Source: Acidimicrobiia bacterium
GTDB lineage: Bacteria; Actinomycetota; Acidimicrobiia; Spongiisociales; ZC4RG35
Length of the DNA stretch: 64,000 bases
Assembly (NCBI GenBank): GCA_040878345.1
Contig: JBBDML010000022.1
Coordinates: 21,130 to 85,129, forward strand
Direction: 5' to 3'
Part shown: positions 48,164 to 54,897 of the stretch, in pieces
Layout of the letters: every line of letters starts with the position of its first letter
Numbering within the stretch: the first letter of the stretch is position 1
Notes under the pieces: generated by a model
Told to the model about the DNA's origin: nothing
Seen by the model: the letters and a program-made list of their open reading frames with translations, nothing else
The model's database searches: none
Translations under genes and position numbers: made by a program

Positions 48164-48952
48164 CTACGGCCCCTCGCCGATGCCGGCCGCCACGGCGTGG
48201 AACCCAGCGTCGACATGGACGATCTCACCGGTGGTCATCTTCGACCAGTCGCTGAGCAGGACGCACACCATGCGCGCCACCGGGTCGGGGTCGCCGGTGT
48301 CCCAGGGCAGGGGTGAGCGCTCCTTCCACACCTGGTCGAATCGCTCGAACCCGGGGATCGACTTGGCGGCCACGGTGCTCAGAGGGCCGGCGGAGACCGC
48401 GTTGACCCTGACACCATGTGGGCCGAGATCGCGGGCAAGGTAGCGAGTCACGCTCTGCAGAGCCGATTTGGCCACCCCCATCCAGTCGTAGGCAGGCCAC
48501 GCCTGGGTGTTGTCGAAGTCCATGGCAACCAACGAACCGCCACCGGCCTCCTTCATCAGGGGCAGGAGGGCCACGGCGAGGGTCTTGTAGGAGAACGCCG
48601 AGGTGACGAATGCGATTTGGGCCGACTCCACCGGGGTGTTGAGGAAATTGCCCCCCAGGGCATCGCTGGGGGCGAAGGCGATGGCATGCAGCGCCCCGTC
48701 GACCCGTCCCCATCTCGAGGCCAGGTCCTGGCTCAGGCTCTCGACATGGGCGGGGTCGTTGATGTCCAGCTCGAGGACATCACAGACCACCGGCAGTCTC
48801 TGGGCGGCACGCTCGGTGAGCCTCAGGCCCCGCCCGAAACCGGTGATCACGATCTCGGCACCCTCCTCCTGGGCGATCCTGGCGGTGTGCCAGGCGATGG
48901 AGTCGTCGGTGAGGACCCCGGTGATCAGGAGTTTCTTGTCAGGGAGCAGCAT
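48164..48952 (-). CDS. fabI: Enoyl-[acyl-carrier-protein] reductase [NADH] (FabI/InhA type)
   Basis: MLLPDKKLLITGVLTDDSIAWHTA, YDWMGVAKSALQS (Y..K catalytic pair), VNAVSAGPLST. The ATG at 48952 was chosen inside the long track ORF. Confidence 0.9.
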   Translation of the reverse strand: MLLPDKKLLITGVLTDDSIAWHTARIAQEEGAEIVITGFGRGLRLTERAAQRLPVVCDVLELDINDPAHVESLSQDLASRWGRVDGALHAIAFAPSDALGGNFLNTPVESAQIAFVTSAFSYKTLAVALLPLMKEAGGGSLVAMDFDNTQAWPAYDWMGVAKSALQSVTRYLARDLGPHGVRVNAVSAGPLSTVAAKSIPGFERFDQVWKERSPLPWDTGDPDPVARMVCVLLSDWSKMTTGEIVHVDAGFHAVAAGIGEGP

Positions 48953-49314
48953 CAGAAGTTTCCTCCGAAGGTCATGATGCCTCGTATGCCGAGACCCATG
49001 GCGAAGAGTAGAAGAAGGCCGTAGTACAAGGCAGGACGCTTGCGGAACTGAGCTCGATAGATATAGGCGAAGGTGAAGGTCACCGCGATCACCACCCCGT
49101 AGAAGACATGCTGGTTGCCGGGGTCCAGGTTCTCGCTCGACATGGCAATGACGCCGAGCACCACCTGTGCCAGCATCCCGATTATGGCGACTCCCACCGC
49201 CCAGTAGAAGGCCTTGGGGAGGTGTTGGCGTCTTGTCATTACCACTCCCCAAACCCCCACGACACCGCTGACCGCGGCGGCGACAGGCCCCCAGAATTCG
49301 TGGATGGCACTCAC
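48952..49314 (-). CDS. Membrane protein, function unknown
   Basis: 120 aa with 4 TM helices. Its stop shares 1 nt with the fabI start (TGATG). Confidence 0.55.
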   Translation of the reverse strand: MSAIHEFWGPVAAAVSGVVGVWGVVMTRRQHLPKAFYWAVGVAIIGMLAQVVLGVIAMSSENLDPGNQHVFYGVVIAVTFTFAYIYRAQFRKRPALYYGLLLLFAMGLGIRGIMTFGGNF

Positions 49315-49385
49315 CGGAGGGGAGCATAGGAGGGTGTGCGCCGAGTCGATGCGGCCCTAGAATCGCCGCCGGAGGCGATCGATCG

Positions 49386-49679
49386 ATGTATCAGTTCGAG
49401 GCGGTGGAGTTCATCGAGCACGTGGGCAAGGCCGACTCGGACGAGAACGTGCTCGGTGTGTTCTATGAGGAGGCAGATGCCGTCAAGGCTGCCCGTGTCG
49501 CCCGAAGGGCCTTTCTCGCCTCCGGTTCCAAAGAGTACGCCTGGTGGGTGGTGCGGGTCCAGGGAGCCCGACTCGCCAACTTCATCGCCGACTCCCGTAG
49601 CGATCGAGAGTTCATGGTCGACCTCACCACCGGCGCCCTGATCGAGATCGACCCCGTTCCGGCCAAGCGGAACCGCTAA
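49386..49679 (+). CDS. Hypothetical protein
   Basis: 97-aa ORF with balanced composition (MYQFEAVEFIEHVGKADSDENVLGVFYEE..). No family recognised. Confidence 0.4.
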   Translation: MYQFEAVEFIEHVGKADSDENVLGVFYEEADAVKAARVARRAFLASGSKEYAWWVVRVQGARLANFIADSRSDREFMVDLTTGALIEIDPVPAKRNR

Positions 49680-49703
49680 TCCCGGGATTGGCGTTAACTA
49701 CCC

Positions 49704-50315
49704 GTGATGAAGAGAGCTCGCGTTGTCGCGGCCATCGCTTCGCTCGCCCTGGCGTCCTGCGGTGCCGAGCCGACGACCACCACTGAGACGAGCCCCGAGA
49801 CCACCACCTCGACTGGCCCTTCCACCACTACGGCATCCTCGACAACCACCACCCTCTCCCCCTTTGACAGGGCGACCCCGATCGTCACCGATGACCTCGT
49901 AGCAGCGCTCGAGGATGGGACCTACATCGGCCTCATCGACCATGTGTTCACCGAGGGGATGACCGGGGGCCCCGAAGTCCAATTCGATCTCGCCGTCTGG
50001 TTCGGCGGCGAGGAGGCAGACCACTACGCCGAGATCGATGGTGAGGAGTCCCCCCGACCCAACGACTACTACATCCGCAACCTCGACCCCACGGTCCTGG
50101 TCCTGCCGGTCGACCCAGAAGTCAGGGTGACCTCGGTGTGGTACCACTACGAGGAGACCCAGGACCTGACCGCGAGGCCCATCACCTACGAGGAGCTGGT
50201 CGAGGCATTGACCGGCGAAGTCGAGGAGTCACGGCTCGCCATGAGGTTCAGCCCATGGTGGGTCACCATCGAGAACGGCCAGGTGGTGGCCATCGAGGAG
50301 CAGTACGTCCCCTGA
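49704..50315 (+). CDS. Putative lipoprotein
   Basis: Signal plus lipobox AAIASLALASCG, a Thr/Ser/Pro linker, then a globular domain. No family recognised. Confidence 0.6.
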   Translation: MMKRARVVAAIASLALASCGAEPTTTTETSPETTTSTGPSTTTASSTTTTLSPFDRATPIVTDDLVAALEDGTYIGLIDHVFTEGMTGGPEVQFDLAVWFGGEEADHYAEIDGEESPRPNDYYIRNLDPTVLVLPVDPEVRVTSVWYHYEETQDLTARPITYEELVEALTGEVEESRLAMRFSPWWVTIENGQVVAIEEQYVP

Positions 50316-50328
50316 TCCGATGTGCGGC

Positions 50329-51930
50329 CTACTCCATGAGGAGGTCGGCGTACTGGTCTCTGACTACTTTCTTGTCGAACTTGCCGGTCCCGGTCTTGGG
50401 GACCGAGTCGATGAACACGATCTTGTCGGGGAGCCACCAGCTCGCCACCCGGGACCGGAGGTGCTCCATCAGCTCCTCTTCGGTCACCTCGGACGACTTG
50501 ACCACGAAGGCGGCGGGCCGCTCCTGCCACTTGACGTGCTTGAGCCCGACCACGGTCGCCTCGAGCACCGCCGGGTGGGCCATCAACGCATTCTCCAGGT
50601 CGAGTGAGGAGATCCACTCACCACCCGACTTGATCACGTCCTTTGCCCGGTCGGTGATCCGGATGTAGCCCTCCGGGGTGATCTTGCACACGTCCCCCGT
50701 GCGCAGCCAGCCGTCTTCGAATGAGCTGGCGCTCCGCTCGTCCTTGTAGTACTCGGCGGCGATCCACGGGCCGCGGATGAGCAGCTCGCCGAAGGCCTCG
50801 CCATCGTGGGGCAGCTCCTCGCCGATCTCGTCGACGATCTTGACCTGGAGCCCGGCCACCGGGATGCCGGCGGTCTCCATCCGGTCGAGCTGGTCCTGGA
50901 GGTCCCACTCTTCCATGTGTGGCTTGAGCACCGCGGCCGAGGCCACCGGGTTGGTCTCGGTCATGCCCCAACCCTGGATGACCCGCACCCCGCGCTCGGT
51001 CCAGAACCACTCGATCATCGACCGGGGCACCGCCGATCCGCCACAGAAGAAAGCTCGGATGTGGGAGACGTCGATGTCCGGGTGGGCCTCCAGGTACTGC
51101 TTGATCCCCAACCAGACGGTTGGGACCCCGGCGCTGAAGGTGACCTTCTCATCGGTGATCAGCTTGACCAAGCCCTCGGGTGAGAGGTCGGGCCCGGGGT
51201 AGGTCAGCTTGGCTCCCCTGGTGACCGCCATGTACGGGTAGCCCCAGGCGGCAGCATGGAACATCGGCACCACCGGGAGCACGTTGTCCTTCGCCTCGAT
51301 TCCATAGTTGGCCAGGTTGGAGATGGTGTGGACGTAGGTCGACCGCTGGGTGTAGGCCACCCCTTTTGGGTTGCCGGTGGTACCCGAGCTGTAACAGAGC
51401 ATCATCGGCGAGCGCTCGTCGAGCATCGGCCAGGCGCCATGCTCGGGGGCATCGGCGATCAGGTCCTCATAGGCGATCGAGCCGGGGAGGGAGTCACTCG
51501 CCTCGGCACCGAGCACCACCCAATTCTCCACCGTCGCCATCTTGTCGACCAGTGGCGCAATCAGCGGGACCAGGCCGGGGTCGACGAACATCACCCTGTC
51601 ACCGGCATGGTTGGCGATGTAGGCGATCTGGTCGGCGAAGAGCCGGAGATTGATGGTGTGACAGATCCTGCCGGTGTTGGCGGTGGCCCAGTAGAGCTCA
51701 TGGTGTCTCTGGTTGTTCCAGGCAAACGTGCCCACCGCGTCCCCACGCTCGATGCCGAGACTGTCGAAGGCCGAGGCGAGCTTCCGGACCCGGGCATCGG
51801 TCGAGCCGTATGTCGAGCGGGAGACCGAGCGGTCGGCCTCCACCGACACGATCTGCTGATCGGGGTGGATCCAGACCGCGTGGTCGTACAGCGTTGACAG
51901 GAGCAGCGGGAAGTCCTGCATGTGGGCCAT
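50329..51930 (-). CDS. Long/medium-chain acyl-CoA synthetase (AMP-binding family)
   Basis: AMP motif YSSGTTGNPKGV, GWGMTET, WLRTGD, PKTGTGKFDKK. The ATG at 51930 was chosen; the 180-codon N-terminal extension in the track is Arg/His/Pro-rich junk. Confidence 0.9.
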   Translation of the reverse strand: MAHMQDFPLLLSTLYDHAVWIHPDQQIVSVEADRSVSRSTYGSTDARVRKLASAFDSLGIERGDAVGTFAWNNQRHHELYWATANTGRICHTINLRLFADQIAYIANHAGDRVMFVDPGLVPLIAPLVDKMATVENWVVLGAEASDSLPGSIAYEDLIADAPEHGAWPMLDERSPMMLCYSSGTTGNPKGVAYTQRSTYVHTISNLANYGIEAKDNVLPVVPMFHAAAWGYPYMAVTRGAKLTYPGPDLSPEGLVKLITDEKVTFSAGVPTVWLGIKQYLEAHPDIDVSHIRAFFCGGSAVPRSMIEWFWTERGVRVIQGWGMTETNPVASAAVLKPHMEEWDLQDQLDRMETAGIPVAGLQVKIVDEIGEELPHDGEAFGELLIRGPWIAAEYYKDERSASSFEDGWLRTGDVCKITPEGYIRITDRAKDVIKSGGEWISSLDLENALMAHPAVLEATVVGLKHVKWQERPAAFVVKSSEVTEEELMEHLRSRVASWWLPDKIVFIDSVPKTGTGKFDKKVVRDQYADLLME

Positions 51931-52529
51931 CAGCTGCCACCCATGAGATGGCGCTTCTCGGTGTCGAACTCCTCGTCGGTCAGCTTGCCCTGGTCGTGGA
52001 GCCTCGAGAGTGTCTCGAGTTGGGACGCCCTCGACTCGCCACCGCGGCCCCCGCTCTCCATTTGCCGCATCCGGGCCTCCCGTACCTTGTAGATGACAGT
52101 CTGGACTGCTTCCGGCTTGGGGATGTCCTTGTAGCGGCTCTGCCCATGGGTGCCGGCGGACTCGATGAGCAGGTCGCCGGTCCCGAAGACCCTCTCGAAC
52201 ACCGACTGGGTGAAAGCCACGTCGTTTATCACTTCCAATGGGATCTCCTTGCCCCGCTTCGAGATGAACCCGGCGCGGTAGATGACCCGCTCGTTGGTTA
52301 TGACGTGGGTGGTGGTGATCCATGTGATCACCCCGTTGGCGATCGCCAGGAGCACGACCACCCAGAGCCCGATGATGATCCACACCGGGGCATCCATCAC
52401 GCCGAGGATGATGGCGAGAGCGATGGCCGCCGCCACCAGCAGGCCCTCCCTGAGCAACTGTGACCAATGCGGCCGGAACTGGGCCTCGATCACCTCACCG
52501 TCGCTGAGCAGTCGATCCGGGTATCCCAT
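51930..52529 (-). CDS. Membrane bPH_2 (DUF304/YdbT-like PH) domain protein with C-terminal SHOCT domain
   Basis: 199 aa. GEVIEAQFRPHW, two TM helices, HVITNERVIYRAGFISKRGKEIPLEVINDV..GTGDLLIES, C-terminal LETLSRLHDQGKLTDEEFDTEKRHL (SHOCT). Confidence 0.75.
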   Translation of the reverse strand: MGYPDRLLSDGEVIEAQFRPHWSQLLREGLLVAAAIALAIILGVMDAPVWIIIGLWVVVLLAIANGVITWITTTHVITNERVIYRAGFISKRGKEIPLEVINDVAFTQSVFERVFGTGDLLIESAGTHGQSRYKDIPKPEAVQTVIYKVREARMRQMESGGRGGESRASQLETLSRLHDQGKLTDEEFDTEKRHLMGGS

Positions 52530-53185
52530 CAGCCCTCCTTAAGGACTCTTGCCTTCTCGGCGTTGAACTCTTCGTCGGTGAGGCTGCCCTGCCGATGCAG
52601 ACGCGCCAGGATCTCCAGCTGTTCGGCGCGGCTGGCTCCCATCGAGGGGCTCGAGGCCGTGGCCCCCTGCGTCGCCGACGGCTCGGCATGCGGCTGGGAC
52701 GCCTGGCTGAACCGATGCTCGGCCCGTGACTCCCTCGCCTCGCTCACCAGCTGCTTCCACTCGGTGGGGCCCGGGACGTTCGACACCGCGGTGCGCCCAT
52801 TACTCGCAGAGGTCTCCAGCATGAGGTCACCCGCCCCCACCATTCGCTGCAGGCCTGACTGCCTGAAACCCACGTCCTGAACCCGGTCAACCGGGATCTC
52901 GTAACCCTTCTTGGAGAGCAGCCCCTGTCTGAAGATCACCCGGCGGTTGGTGAGCACCAGGTCGGTCGTGTACCAATTTGTGACCCCCCTGAAGCTGGCG
53001 ACGGCCCAGGCGATGACCAGAACGACATAGACCCAACCGGGGAAGTTGGTGGCTGCCAGGAGCACGATGATCAGGAGCAGGAGACCAGCGGTGTAGAGGA
53101 TCTCCCGGTATAGAGCAACCCAATGCAGCTTGGTGTCGCGGATCAGCCGCTCGTCTGGCTGCAGCATGCTCGGGGGGAAGACCAT
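52529..53185 (-). CDS. Membrane bPH_2 (DUF304) domain protein with C-terminal SHOCT domain, paralog of the downstream gene
   Basis: 218 aa with the same architecture: DERLIRDTKLHW, two TM helices, LVLTNRRVIFRQGLLSKKGYEIPVDRVQDV..GAGDLMLET, LEILARLHRQGSLTDEEFNAEKARV. Confidence 0.75.
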   Translation of the reverse strand: MVFPPSMLQPDERLIRDTKLHWVALYREILYTAGLLLLIIVLLAATNFPGWVYVVLVIAWAVASFRGVTNWYTTDLVLTNRRVIFRQGLLSKKGYEIPVDRVQDVGFRQSGLQRMVGAGDLMLETSASNGRTAVSNVPGPTEWKQLVSEARESRAEHRFSQASQPHAEPSATQGATASSPSMGASRAEQLEILARLHRQGSLTDEEFNAEKARVLKEG

Positions 53186-53203
53186 GGACGCGCCGGAGAT
53201 TAC

Positions 53204-53248
53204 TGCGTGAGTAGATGATGTCGTCTGGCTACGTCATCTACTCACGCA
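53204..53248. repeat. Inverted repeat with 18-nt arms and a 9-nt spacer
   Basis: tgcgtgagtagatgatgt (53204-53221) / acgtcatctactcacgca (53231-53248). 17/18 positions are complementary. The exception, 53219/53233, is U-G on the plus strand and A-C on the minus strand. Lies 18 nt upstream of the 53185 start codon. Confidence 0.85.
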
Positions 53249-53710
53249 CGGGAATCACAGACGCGAGAAACCCCGAGGGAGCCTCGGCCGAAGCCTCAAC
53301 CCTCTCGGGGTTCTCAGTCCGTCTTCGTCGGGCCGGGGACCCAACTCCGAGCGGTGCCATCGACCGAAGCCGTTGGCGTGCGGTCCGAAGACCGCTCTCC
53401 CCGTCTCCGGGGAGGGTGCAGGCCTTGCGGCCTGCGGTCGTCAAACCGCTCGACGATCCCGAGGGATCCCCGTTCGGTCTGGCGACCTTCCGAGTCGCCT
53501 CCGGTTTCCCGGGTGCGATCCGGCGAGCCTTCCGTTCGGTTTCCCGTCCATCCGGCTCGACCTGTGTCGGCGGTTTCCCGCCGATACTGGCCCTGTCTCG
53601 GGGTTTCCCCTTCGACGTGGGCGGAAAGGTAGACCATGGCCCCGGACGGCACAAGTTGAGAGCCACATTGTTTTTCGCGAGCTCTCGATCAGATTTCGCG
53701 GAGGCCGGAG
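53249..53710 (-). ncRNA. Candidate structured RNA, module A (~460 nt; family unassigned, boundaries approximate)
   Basis: On the minus strand it runs from the A-rich box CGCGAAAAACAATGTGG (plus 53663-53679) to the terminator-like hairpin R1 followed by UUUCUCGCG. It contains GAAA-capped stems (plus 53503-53510, 53539-53546, 53568-53583, 53602-53609), cUUCGg stems (53361-53372, 53380-53395, 53286-53295) and a GCAA-capped 7-bp stem (53418-53435). Confidence 0.4.
53260..53316. repeat. 57-nt hairpin element R, copy 1
   Basis: gacgcgagaaaccccgagggagcctcggccgaagcctcaaccctctcggggttctca. 55/57 identical to 53744-53800. Confidence 0.9.
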
Positions 53711-53743
53711 GGAGAGGGCTTTTGCACTTTGGGAAGGGCTACG

Positions 53744-53800
53744 GACGCGAGAAACCCCGAGGGAGCCTCGGCCGAAGCCTCAGCCCTCTCGGGGCTCTCA
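53744..53800. repeat. 57-nt hairpin element R, copy 2
   Basis: Same sequence as 53260-53316 except a->g at 53783 and t->c at 53795. Confidence 0.9.
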
Positions 53801-53985
53801 TGCCATCTCGCCGGGAAAGCGGGCCCCCAGCAAGGCGGCCTCGAAGAAGCCGAAGCTCCTTCGACACCGACCTGAGGTTGCCCTCGAGTCGGCGAGGGGA
53901 AAGTAGGCGAGCCGGTCGGACCGAGTCAAGGGCAACCCCACATAGTTTTTCGCGTCTTTCGGCTCTTTTTCGCGGTCGGCCCCGA
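53744..53985 (-). ncRNA. Candidate structured RNA, module B (~240 nt; family unassigned, boundaries approximate)
   Basis: Same bracketing as module A: A-rich box CGCGAAAAACTATGTGG (plus 53938-53954) and hairpin R2. Also a 9-bp helix 53876-53884/53929-53937, and a 10-bp UUCG-capped stem at 53841-53864 that is perfect only on the minus strand. Confidence 0.35.
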
Positions 53986-54015
53986 TGGTCCCGGAATCTG
54001 TCGCGGGCCATTCCT

Positions 54016-54849
54016 ATGATCGATCACATGACCGTCGAGGCGAGAGTCGTGCCCATTGACCTCCCCAGGTCCCTTCAGACACTCTCGCCTAGCCGGGCGG
54101 GCGATTTCAAGACCTGCCCCCAACTGTTCAAGTTCCGGGCCATCGACCGGATCCCCGAGCCGGTCTCGATCTACCAGGCGCGTGGGACCACCTCCCATCT
54201 CGCCCTCCAACGGCTGTTCGACGAGCCGATGGCCGTCCGCACCCCGGACCGTCTCTTCGACCTGTTTCGCCAAGCTTGGACCGAGATCCGCTCGGAGGAG
54301 GAGTTCGAAGGGCTCTTCGAGTCCGTGGATGAAGAACGCGAATGGGGTCTCCAGTCCCTCGAGCTGCTCGCCAACTACTTCGCCATCGAAGACCCCACCA
54401 GCTTCGACCCCGCGGACCGCGAGCTCGATCTTCTCGAGGACCTCGACGGAATGATGATTCGGGGGATTCTCGACCGGATGGACCGCACCGACGACGGCCG
54501 ACTGGTGATCACCGACTACAAGACGGGCAAGGCGCCACCCGAGGCCTACGCCCTCCCCGCCTTCTTCGCCCTCAAGATCTATGCCCTGCTGATCCGCAAC
54601 AGCACCGGGGAGACTCCGTCTGAAGTCCGGCTGCTCTACCTCAATGGCCCCACCCTGTACCGGCTCCCAATCGAGGACCGCCAGCTCGATGCGATGCACG
54701 CACAACTCAGGGCGTTGTGGACCGCCATCGACCGTGCCATGGAGTCCGAGCGCTTCCCGGCCCGCCCGGGAAGACTCTGTGATTGGTGCTCCTACAAGGA
54801 GATCTGCCCGGCGTGGGCCGCTCCTGCCGATGAGGTGCCTGCGGTCTAG
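54016..54849 (+). CDS. PD-(D/E)XK nuclease, RecB/Cas4-like with Fe-S cysteines
   Basis: Only the last 277 codons of track ORF 53215..54849 look like protein. They carry FKTCPQLFKF, GILDRMDR, LVITDYKTGK (D..D/ExK) and C-terminal CDWCSYKEIC, the Cas4/AddB-type 4-Cys pattern. ATG 54016 (or 54028). Confidence 0.8.
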   Translation: MIDHMTVEARVVPIDLPRSLQTLSPSRAGDFKTCPQLFKFRAIDRIPEPVSIYQARGTTSHLALQRLFDEPMAVRTPDRLFDLFRQAWTEIRSEEEFEGLFESVDEEREWGLQSLELLANYFAIEDPTSFDPADRELDLLEDLDGMMIRGILDRMDRTDDGRLVITDYKTGKAPPEAYALPAFFALKIYALLIRNSTGETPSEVRLLYLNGPTLYRLPIEDRQLDAMHAQLRALWTAIDRAMESERFPARPGRLCDWCSYKEICPAWAAPADEVPAV

Positions 54850-54897
54850 TGGGCCGTCGCCCAAACAGCTACACGGCATCAACTGAGCGACAGACCG

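Noticed and set aside
50329-52467. The 712-aa ORF suggesting a much larger acyl-CoA synthetase, and similar 5' extensions of fabI (48164..49327), gdh (54898..56307), dtd (62999..63655), rsmD and the FNR gene.
   Set aside because: The extensions are Arg/His/Pro/Gly-rich and overlap well-supported upstream genes in another frame. Family homology begins at internal ATGs that form 1-4 nt junctions with the upstream stop codons.
53245-53249. GUGCG on the minus strand, matching the group II intron 5' consensus, in a region rich in GNRA loops.
   Set aside because: No domain V-like sequence, no intron-encoded reverse transcriptase, and the putative intron would run into the intact PH-SHOCT coding sequence.
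53503-53609. Four GGTTTCCC (minus: GGGAAACC) cores spaced 36, 33 and 30 nt apart, superficially CRISPR-like or like the tandem antitoxin RNA repeats of type III toxin-antitoxin loci (repeats, then a terminator hairpin, then a protein gene).
   Set aside because: Only 8-10 nt are shared and the flanking stem sequences differ. Spacing is irregular and there are no cas genes. The downstream PH-SHOCT protein does not resemble ToxN/AbiEii-type toxins. The cores are better explained as independent GAAA-capped hairpins within one folded RNA.
53249-53710. Possibility that module A is RNase P RNA, tmRNA, SRP RNA, 6S RNA, or a cobalamin, TPP or c-di-AMP riboswitch.
   Set aside because: By eye I could not find the universal cores: GAGGAAAGUCCGG and ACAGAAxxCGGCUUA for RNase P; a tRNA-like CCA end plus tag ORF for tmRNA; GGAAGCAGCC-type domain IV for SRP; the B12 box or CCCGCCACUGU for cobalamin; ACCUGAUC after the CUGAGA for TPP. 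This is a visual check only, and an Infernal scan is still required.
53215-54015. N-terminal 267 codons of the 544-aa ORF 53215..54849, and the overlapping ORFs 53238..53666(-), 53373..53906(+) and 53739..54011(-).
   Set aside because: The composition is dominated by Arg/Pro/Ser/Gly, as expected for random frames in high-GC DNA, and several mutually exclusive frames are open. The nuclease-like sequence starts only at 54016. The region is better explained by RNA-level structure and repeats.
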